Below the pieces are notes generated by a model. That model was not told the origin of the DNA, did no database searches, and saw only the letters and a list, made by a program, of their open reading frames with translations. DNA of 64,000 bases from Patescibacteria group bacterium (lineage in GTDB: Bacteria; Patescibacteriota; Minisyncoccia; Phycocordibacterales; Phycocordibacteraceae). Every line of letters starts with the position of its first letter. Position 1 is the stretch's first letter. Below are positions 57,177 through 64,000 of the stretch, one piece after another. A program made the position numbers and the translations under genes. The stretch lies in the NCBI GenBank assembly GCA_019744845.1, contig JAIETW010000001.1, positions 12,623 through 76,622 on the forward strand, in the 5' to 3' direction.

Positions 57177-58190
57177 TTAGGAGCCTAGTGAGGCTTCAAG
57201 TTCAGGAGAGTACTGACCCAAGCTCGCAAGACCATTCATCTTTGCGCGATGCAGGACTACCTTTTGTGCGGCAGCCACATTCTCATCTTTTCCTGCCCAA
57301 GTGGAAAGTGCGGTGCTGACCAGTGCGCGACCATACGAGAAGCTCAGTTTCCATGGGAACGGGCCCATCTTTGCAATGGCGTTTAGGTTAGCGGCTGCCT
57401 CTTCGTCAGACTGTCCTCCAGAAAGAAACGTTTGCCCAGGCAATGTATCAGGAAGCGTCTTTTTAAAGACTGCAACTGTTTCTGCAGCAACTTCTTCAGG
57501 TGATGCCGTGCGTTCAGCTTTACCAGGAAGCACCATGCTGGTTTTAAGGATAATGCCATCAAGTGCGACACCTGCGGCAGCAAGCTCTTTGAACAAGGCG
57601 GTGAGAATACGAGTACTTGCGTCACGAGCTGCATCAATGCTGTGTGAGCCGTCCATAAGTACTTCTGGCTCTACCATTGGTACCAGACCTGCTGCCTGAC
57701 AAAGGCGCGCATATTCTGCAAGGCGTTTTGCGTTCTCTTCTATATTGGCGTCAGTAGGAAGACCTTCTCCAATTGCGATGACTGCACGCCACTTACAGAA
57801 CTTTGCACCTATCTGCGCGTACTCCTGTAGGCGCTCAGGAAGCCCCTCGAGGCCTTTGGTGAGCTTTTCTTCTGGAGATCCAGGCATTTCCTCAAGGCCC
57901 ATATCTACCTTAATTCCCGGTAGTATGCCGGCAGCATCAAGTACAGACACAAAGGCCCGTCCGTCCTTCGTACTCTGACGGAGCGTCTCATCGTACAAAA
58001 TAATTCCAGAAATATGTTCCTGGAGATTTGGTGCAGTAATGAGCACCTCTCTATATGCACGACGGCTTTCTTCGGAATTTGCAACACCTACTGCTTCCAA
58101 TCGTTTTGCGATGGTAGTAGTACTTTCATCTGCAGCGAGAATTCCCTTTCCTGGTGCGACCATTGCGCGTGCAATTTCAGATAGCGTCAT
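57177..58190 (-). CDS. Fructose-bisphosphate aldolase class I
   Basis: KGILAADES, GIKVD, KWR, VEPEV, ILKTSMV (Schiff-base Lys), FLSGGQS, FSYGRAL. Confidence 0.95.
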   Translation of the reverse strand: MTLSEIARAMVAPGKGILAADESTTTIAKRLEAVGVANSEESRRAYREVLITAPNLQEHISGIILYDETLRQSTKDGRAFVSVLDAAGILPGIKVDMGLEEMPGSPEEKLTKGLEGLPERLQEYAQIGAKFCKWRAVIAIGEGLPTDANIEENAKRLAEYARLCQAAGLVPMVEPEVLMDGSHSIDAARDASTRILTALFKELAAAGVALDGIILKTSMVLPGKAERTASPEEVAAETVAVFKKTLPDTLPGQTFLSGGQSDEEAAANLNAIAKMGPFPWKLSFSYGRALVSTALSTWAGKDENVAAAQKVVLHRAKMNGLASLGQYSPELEASLGS

Positions 58191-58245
58191 GAAAATATAT
58201 TAGTTGTCCTAGAAGTATAGAACACACCCCTAAATGAGCAACCAA

Positions 58246-59310
58246 CTACAACCCCTCGCTCTTCAACTCCTCAATCGCCTTCTTGGCCTTAGACGAAAGC
58301 TTCTTTGGAAGCGCGGCCGAGAGACGGATCAAAAGATCCCCCGAGTTCCCCTGTATGGTGACCCCCTTGCCGCGAAGACGAAGAATCTCTTCTGGCTTAC
58401 TCATCTGAGGAACCTTCACCTCAAGTGTCTTGTCATCAATAGTCGTGATAGAGACGGTGGTGCCAAGAAGGGCATCGGTGAGCTTCACCGGGAGATCCAT
58501 CACAAGGTTCAGCCCTTCTTTTCGGAAGGTGGCATGTGGCTTCACATGAATCTTCACATAGAGATCTCCGGACGCCCCATTCTTAATCGCCTCTCCCATT
58601 CCTGGCATACGCATCATCTCTCCGCCATCTACTCCTGCAGGAATAGCAACATTGATCTCCTCTTCCTTACGAAGCACACCATGTCCTGCACAGGTGGCAC
58701 ACTTTTCTTTCGGTACCTTACCTGCCCCTTCACATGCAGAACAGGTGCGCACACTGCTGAATGGACCCATGACGGTGTTACGAGTCTCACGCACACGGCC
58801 CTGACCATTACAGGTCTTACAGTCCTCCATGTCGGTTCCCGGCTTTGCTCCGGTACCGGTACAGGTATCACACTTCCCTATCTTGGTGATAAGGACTGAA
58901 CGCTTTGCACCAAACACCGATTCCTTGAATGTGATCTCTACATCAATGGAGATGTCACGGCCACGGCGTACGCGCCGACCTCCGCCTCCTCCCATGATGT
59001 CGCCAAAGAGATCAGAAATATCAAACTCTACGCCCCCACCAAATCCCTGGAACTGAGAGAAATCAAAACCCTGACCACCAAAGCCACTCTGTGGGCCACC
59101 TCCTGCAAAGGTCTGACCATAGGAATCGTACTCACGACGACGCTTCTCATCCGAAAGGATGCTGTATGCCTCAGTGATTTCCTTGAACTTTGCTTCGTCC
59201 CCTCCTTTATCAGGATGGTGCTTCTGCGCAAGCTTACGGAAGGCCTTCTTGATATCCTCCTTTGTTGCTTTCTTTTCTACTCCAAGGACGTCGTAGTAAT
59301 TCTTTGCCAT
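58246..59310 (-). CDS. dnaJ: Chaperone DnaJ
   Basis: HPD J-domain, G/F region, four CxxCxGxG repeats. Confidence 0.97.
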   Translation of the reverse strand: MAKNYYDVLGVEKKATKEDIKKAFRKLAQKHHPDKGGDEAKFKEITEAYSILSDEKRRREYDSYGQTFAGGGPQSGFGGQGFDFSQFQGFGGGVEFDISDLFGDIMGGGGGRRVRRGRDISIDVEITFKESVFGAKRSVLITKIGKCDTCTGTGAKPGTDMEDCKTCNGQGRVRETRNTVMGPFSSVRTCSACEGAGKVPKEKCATCAGHGVLRKEEEINVAIPAGVDGGEMMRMPGMGEAIKNGASGDLYVKIHVKPHATFRKEGLNLVMDLPVKLTDALLGTTVSITTIDDKTLEVKVPQMSKPEEILRLRGKGVTIQGNSGDLLIRLSAALPKKLSSKAKKAIEELKSEGL

Positions 59311-59330
59311 AAGTAGCGGGTACTATATCA

Positions 59331-59362
59331 AAGAAAAAAGAATCCCGCATAACGCGGGATTC
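59331..59362 (-). terminator. Intrinsic terminator after dnaK
   Basis: gaatcccgc-ataac-gcgggattc with a T-rich tail on the minus strand. Confidence 0.8.
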
Positions 59363-59369
59363 AGTTCTC

Positions 59370-61250
59370 TTATTCCTTTGGCTTCTCGGTAAACTCTGCG
59401 TCCGTTGCTCCCGCTTCAGGTGGTGGAGTCTGCGCTCCTGCCTGCTGCTCTTTCATCATTGCTTCTCCAATCTTCTGCATAGAGGCAGACAATGCTTCAG
59501 AAGCTGACTTGATTGCGCCTGCGTCCTCACCATCCTTTACTTTGCGAAGTGCTTCAATCTTCTCATTCACATCAGCAACGACATCCGCACCTGCCTTCTC
59601 CCCATTCTCCTTCACCGCTTTCTCAGCAGCATAGATCATCTGTTCCGCAAGGTTCTTTACTTCTACCGTTTCCTTACGCTTTGCGTCTTCTGCAGCATGC
59701 ATCTCTGCATCCTTCTGCATCTTATCTATGTCTTCCTTTGAAAGACCGGTAGAGCCCTCAATGCGGATAGACTGCTCCTTGCCTGTGGTTTTCTCCTTCG
59801 CCTTTACGGTAAGGATACCGTTAGAGTCCACATCAAAGGTAACTTCTACTTGCGGCATCCCGCGTGGTGCGGGAGGAATACCATCAAGATTAAAGCGGCC
59901 AAGTGACTTGTTATCTGCCGCCATGGCGCGCTCTCCCTGCACCACGTGAATCTCTACTGACGGCTGATTATCAGATGCGGTAGAGAAGGTCTGTGAGCGA
60001 GTGGTAGGAACTGCGGTATTGCGCTCCACAAGTTTGGTTGCGACACCTCCCATGGTCTCAATAGAAAGAGAAAGAGGAATCACATCCACGAGAAGAATAT
60101 CCTTCACGTCTCCCTGGAAAATACCTGCCTGTACTGCAGCACCAATAGCGACCACTTCATCTGGATTCACATCACGGTGTGGATCCCTCCCAAAGAGCTT
60201 CTTCACCTCTTCTTGAATCTTCGGCATGCGGGTCTGACCACCGACAAGAATGACTTCTTCTACATCGGATGCCTTCATGCCTGCAGCTTCAAGCGCGCGC
60301 TTCGTAATATCAATGGAGCGAGTGACGTACTCCTCAGCAAGAGACTCAAGTGTTGCGCGAGAGATCTTCACGAGAAGGTGTTGTGGCGTCCCTTCCGCAT
60401 CTACAGTGATAAACGGAATGTTTGCCTCGGTCTCATTTGCGGAAGAAAGCTCCACCTTTGCTTTTTCTGCAGCCTCATCAAGACGTTGAAGCGCAAGCGG
60501 ATCCTTCGTCACATCAATTCCTGTCTGCTTCTTAAATTCGTCGGCAAGATAGCGGACAATCTTCTGGTCAATATCGCGACCCCCCATGTGTGAGTCACCA
60601 TCGGTAGACTTCACCTCAATCACGTCATCGCCCACTTCAAGAATAGAGACGTCAAAGGTTCCTCCTCCGAAGTCAAAGACGGCAATCTGCTGGTCCTTCT
60701 TTTTCGTAAAGCCATACGCAAGTGCTGCAGCAGTCGGCTCGTTAATGATGCGCTTCACATCAAGTCCTGCAATCTGTCCGGCTGCCTTGGTGGCTGCGCG
60801 CTGTGAGTCATCAAAGTACGCAGGAACCGTGATGATAGCTTCAGTGATCTTCTCACCAAGCTTTGCTTCCGCATCTGCCTTAAGCTTAGACAGAATCATT
60901 GCAGAGATCTCTTCCGGACGATAATCCTTGTCGCCAAGACGCACCGTGACGCCACCTCCGTCTCCTGACTTAATCTCGTACGGCACAATGCCCTTATCCT
61001 TCTGTACCACCTCGTCTTCAAAGCGGTGGCCCATGAAGCGCTTAATACCGTAGACGGTATTCTTTGGGTTCGTGATGGCCTGGCGCTTTGCAAGCGTGCC
61101 GACGAGGCGTTCTCCGTTCTTTGCAATCGCCACCACCGATGGTGTCGTGCGGCCTCCTTCTGCATTCTCCAATACACGTGGCTCGCCACCCTCCATGATG
61201 GCCATAGCTGAGTTGGTCGTTCCAAGATCGATACCGAGTATCTTTGCCAT
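59370..61250 (-). CDS. dnaK: Chaperone DnaK
   Basis: [31 protein letters not shown]. Confidence 0.98.
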   Translation of the reverse strand: MAKILGIDLGTTNSAMAIMEGGEPRVLENAEGGRTTPSVVAIAKNGERLVGTLAKRQAITNPKNTVYGIKRFMGHRFEDEVVQKDKGIVPYEIKSGDGGGVTVRLGDKDYRPEEISAMILSKLKADAEAKLGEKITEAIITVPAYFDDSQRAATKAAGQIAGLDVKRIINEPTAAALAYGFTKKKDQQIAVFDFGGGTFDVSILEVGDDVIEVKSTDGDSHMGGRDIDQKIVRYLADEFKKQTGIDVTKDPLALQRLDEAAEKAKVELSSANETEANIPFITVDAEGTPQHLLVKISRATLESLAEEYVTRSIDITKRALEAAGMKASDVEEVILVGGQTRMPKIQEEVKKLFGRDPHRDVNPDEVVAIGAAVQAGIFQGDVKDILLVDVIPLSLSIETMGGVATKLVERNTAVPTTRSQTFSTASDNQPSVEIHVVQGERAMAADNKSLGRFNLDGIPPAPRGMPQVEVTFDVDSNGILTVKAKEKTTGKEQSIRIEGSTGLSKEDIDKMQKDAEMHAAEDAKRKETVEVKNLAEQMIYAAEKAVKENGEKAGADVVADVNEKIEALRKVKDGEDAGAIKSASEALSASMQKIGEAMMKEQQAGAQTPPPEAGATDAEFTEKPKE

Positions 61251-61313
61251 ATACGCTCTATAGGTGATTAGACGTTAATAAAAGGTGAACCCTTTTTCAG
61301 CCCTTATCTACTC

Positions 61314-61342
61314 AGTTTACACCCGTCTATTTTTGGGTTCAA
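61314..61342 (-). promoter_or_regulatory. Sigma70-type promoter of dnaK
   Basis: Minus strand TTGAAC-17 nt-TAAACT. Confidence 0.6.
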
Positions 61343-61479
61343 GTCGGGCCTATCTTTTCTTGCTTTTTCATGATACTGTTTCCTTATCAATCGCAGTGCT
61401 GGGGCCGAGGGGCAGTCGAAGTCTCCTTGTTCAGCTTACTGCACTTGATCTTTATCAGGTGCAATTGCAGAAACCTTAC

Positions 61480-61683
61480 ATGCAGACTGGAACTATCGCC
61501 GGTTTGACTGACAAGGGCTTCGGTTTTATCAAGTACGAAGGTGCGGAGAAGGATCTCTTCTTCCACTCACAGGGCTTGGTAGACGTAGCTTTTGACGACC
61601 TAAAGGTCGGCGACGCAGTGTCGTTTGAAGTCGAACAGGCAGAGAAGGGCCCTCGCGCGATTAACGTCCGCTTGGTAGCCTAA
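61480..61683 (+). CDS. Cold-shock domain protein
   Basis: KGFGFI (RNP1), LFFH (RNP2), KGPRA; start set at MQTGT. Confidence 0.93.
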   Translation: MQTGTIAGLTDKGFGFIKYEGAEKDLFFHSQGLVDVAFDDLKVGDAVSFEVEQAEKGPRAINVRLVA

Positions 61684-61697
61684 CTCCAAAACGAATG

Positions 61698-61720
61698 AAC
61701 GCCCCTTCGGGGGCGTTTTT
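61698..61720. terminator. Terminator between csp and grpE
   Basis: aacgcccc-ttcg-ggggcgttttt. Confidence 0.85.
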
Positions 61721-61726
61721 CGTTAT

Positions 61727-62275
61727 CTATCCTTCAAAATGTGCCACTCGCACCTTGGCGGGACGTACCACTGACTCCTTAGACTTCCATCCTGTCTCAA
61801 GGACGACGGTCACCGTGTCATCTTTATCCGCTGAAGGCGCAGGGTCCTGACCGAGTGCCTCGTGCATATTGGGATCAAAGGTTTCTCCTATCTTTCCAAT
61901 CTTCTCAAGACCGAGTGCACGAGCAGCGTCATGGAGCTGCTTTGCAATGCCCTTGAAGGTTTCCGGTACTTCGCCTGCTGCTTCTGCACGCTCAAGAGAA
62001 TCAATCGCAGGGAGGAATGCCTGTACACTTACCACCTTTCCAAGCTCAATGGCGCCCACCTTCTCTGACTCAAAGCGCTTCAACGCATTTACATAGTCTG
62101 CCTTTGCACGCTGCCAGCCATCAAGGTATTCCTGTTTTTCGGCTTTTACTTGATCAAGCTCTTTCTTGAGTTTGGTCACCTTCGCATCCACGCGAGACTC
62201 CAGAGCATCAAGCTCCTCTTCGCTTCCACCTTCGGAAAGTTCGTCTGGTTCAATTACGACATCGTCGTTATTCAT
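61727..62275 (-). CDS. grpE: Nucleotide exchange factor GrpE
   Basis: QRAKADYVN, FDPNMHEA, VRPAKVRV; start set at MNNDD. Confidence 0.95.
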   Translation of the reverse strand: MNNDDVVIEPDELSEGGSEEELDALESRVDAKVTKLKKELDQVKAEKQEYLDGWQRAKADYVNALKRFESEKVGAIELGKVVSVQAFLPAIDSLERAEAAGEVPETFKGIAKQLHDAARALGLEKIGKIGETFDPNMHEALGQDPAPSADKDDTVTVVLETGWKSKESVVRPAKVRVAHFEG

Positions 62276-62281
62276 ATAGAG

Positions 62282-62310
62282 AATATGCCTGAACAAACAA
62301 ACAGAGTCAA
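62282..62310 (-). promoter_or_regulatory. Leaderless-type promoter of grpE
   Basis: Minus strand TTGACT-17 nt-CATATT, 6 nt before the ATG. Confidence 0.6.
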
Positions 62311-62313
62311 AAG

Positions 62314-63780
62314 TTAGTCGTACGCCCGCTCCTCAGTACGTGACTTCTTTACCTCTTCCATACGACCCTCATCAATGTCACCAGTCACATACCAACCATC
62401 TAGGTACGGCATAGAAAGACGATCAATCTCGTGTTCACCACGACGAAGGATGGCTTCAGAGAGTCCATCAATGGTCTGGTAGACCATGATATCGGCACCA
62501 ATGAAGTCACGAATCTCATCAGGACTCTTTTTGGCAGCAATGAGTTCATCCTTGGTAGGAATATCAATACCGTAGAAGTCAGGGTACATAATTGGAGGAC
62601 ACGCAGAGGCAAAGTACACCTTACGAGCGCCAGCTTTACGGACCATATCAATCACTTCACGAGTGGTAGTGCCTCGGACAATAGAGTCGTCAACGAGAAG
62701 TACATCCTTTCCTTCAAGCTCAATGGCCTGAGGAGACAGCTTGCGACGTACTGACTTCGCGCGGTTGTCCTGTCCCGGCATGATGAAGGTACGGCCGATA
62801 AAGATGTTGCGGTAGAGCGCTTCGGAGTAGCGAACACCAATCTCGTGGGCAAACGCGAGTGCAATAGGGTTAGACGTAAATGGTACAGGCACCACAAGAT
62901 CTGGAGTGACGTCAGGATGGAGCTCCTTCCAACGAGCCGCAAGATTCTGTCCCATGCGAAGACGAGCACGATACACGGAGACGTTGTTCAACACGGCGTC
63001 AGGACGAGCGAAGTATACGTATTCAAAGACGTCAGGAGTAAACTCACGGTCCACAATCTTCTTGCGCTGCATTTTTCCATCCGTAGTCACAAAGATAAGC
63101 TCACCCGCCCCCACGTCCCCTGCATATTCATAGCCAAGTGGAGTAAACGGAGTGTTCTCTGACGCAAAGACATAATCCTTTCCTCCCTCTCCATTACGCT
63201 CCCCCATCACGAGAGGACGAATACCGTTTGGGTCACGGAATGCCACAAGTCCCTTTCCAGCAATCACGGCAACCACTGCATATCCTCCACGAACACGTGC
63301 ATACACCTTCTCCATCGCGGCAGACAAGGTGTCAAAGAAATCATCTGACTGTCCAGCCTTTTCTATCTCAGTGGCAAGCACACCAAGGAGGGCCTCGGTA
63401 TCAGAGTCAGAATTGCAATGGAAATGATCCTGCTCCTGGAGCTCTTTGCGAAGCTCAGGATAGTTGGTGAGATTTCCGTTATGGACGAGCGCAATACCGT
63501 ACGCAGAGTTCGTAATAAATGGCTGCGCGTTCCCTACGTTATGTGCAGAACCCGCCGTAGAGTAGCGGGTTTGTCCGATGCCTATGTTGCCGACGAGCTC
63601 ATCAAAGGATGCCTGGTTGTATGCCTCGCGGACGTAGCCGACACCGCGTACGACATGGAAGCGACCGTTGAAGGTGGCGATACCTGTTGAATCCTGCCCC
63701 CGGTGCTGGAGGTTGATGAGGCCTTCATATAGTTCTCCCGAGACAGGCTTGCGGGAAGAAATACCAATGACGCCACACAT
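62314..63780 (-). CDS. purF: Amidophosphoribosyltransferase
   Basis: N-terminal CG nucleophile, LQHRGQ, HNGNL, FEYVYFARPD, VDDSIVRGTT. Confidence 0.95.
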   Translation of the reverse strand: MCGVIGISSRKPVSGELYEGLINLQHRGQDSTGIATFNGRFHVVRGVGYVREAYNQASFDELVGNIGIGQTRYSTAGSAHNVGNAQPFITNSAYGIALVHNGNLTNYPELRKELQEQDHFHCNSDSDTEALLGVLATEIEKAGQSDDFFDTLSAAMEKVYARVRGGYAVVAVIAGKGLVAFRDPNGIRPLVMGERNGEGGKDYVFASENTPFTPLGYEYAGDVGAGELIFVTTDGKMQRKKIVDREFTPDVFEYVYFARPDAVLNNVSVYRARLRMGQNLAARWKELHPDVTPDLVVPVPFTSNPIALAFAHEIGVRYSEALYRNIFIGRTFIMPGQDNRAKSVRRKLSPQAIELEGKDVLLVDDSIVRGTTTREVIDMVRKAGARKVYFASACPPIMYPDFYGIDIPTKDELIAAKKSPDEIRDFIGADIMVYQTIDGLSEAILRRGEHEIDRLSMPYLDGWYVTGDIDEGRMEEVKKSRTEERAYD

Positions 63781-63803
63781 GGTGTTATATCAGGAGTATA
63801 GCA

Positions 63804-63998
63804 CTATTTATTCCGTGCGTCTTTCCAGGCCTCGTCAATAAGGTTCTCATACATCTTGAGTGAATTCTCTGTAAGCCACTTTTTACAAAAGCCATCTAAG
63901 AACCGTTTTGCCGCATCAAGATTGTAGTACGCAAGCGACAAACCAGCAGGATCCTCGCCGTCTCTTTTTATTAGATTTTCTAGGTCACCGATCACGAA
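63804..63998 (-). CDS. Hypothetical protein, C-terminal part (runs off the window)
   Basis: Open frame from the window edge to the stop at 63804. Confidence 0.5.
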   Translation of the reverse strand, partial: FVIGDLENLIKRDGEDPAGLSLAYYNLDAAKRFLDGFCKKWLTENSLKMYENLIDEAWKDARNK

Positions 63999-64000
63999 AT

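Noticed and set aside
58234-58899. 221 aa plus-strand ORF
   Set aside because: Antisense to dnaJ, with a composition typical of a shadow frame.
61285-61479. N-terminal extension of the cold-shock protein in the ORF track
   Set aside because: It covers the dnaK promoter and RNA hairpins; the CSD begins at ATG 61480.
1-64000. Alternative genetic code (TGA as Gly, as in Gracilibacteria/Absconditabacteria)
   Set aside because: Conserved genes translate full length under code 11, and TGA ends genes such as mreC, ftsW and radC.

Overview
Chromosomal window of a small-genome bacterium, most likely Patescibacteria/CPR (Parcubacteria-like). This is inferred from gene content, dense packing, a class I LysRS, a short archaeal-type AspRS and few Shine-Dalgarno sites; the standard genetic code is used. 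It carries housekeeping genes for cell shape and division (mreBC, mrdA, mraZ-rsmH-ftsL-ftsI-murF, mraY-ftsW-murG), seven aminoacyl-tRNA synthetases, tRNA-Glu(CTC), tRNA-Tyr(GTA), ribosomal proteins L21/L9/L27, dnaB, recR, radC, rmuC, scpA/scpB, grpE/dnaK/dnaJ, prs, purF and a class I aldolase, plus a patch of small unknown genes at about 30-37 kb. Main structural observations: (1) gene orientation flips from mostly + to mostly - at about 32.5 kb, exactly where a near-palindromic 11-6-11 bp dif-like site lies (32475-32502), so this is probably the replication terminus with a single-recombinase-type dif; (2) many genes have a TANNNT -10 hexamer only 6-9 nt before the ATG and no SD, implying pervasive leaderless, gene-by-gene transcription. 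Candidate uncharacterised modules are a tandem pair of paralogous HTH-like proteins, an orphan multi-TM histidine kinase with unknown neighbours, a kinase-like ORF before lysK, and a TspO-cupin-TspO-EamA cluster. No CRISPR array, rRNA, integrase or transposase was seen. All calls are by eye; no database searches were run.
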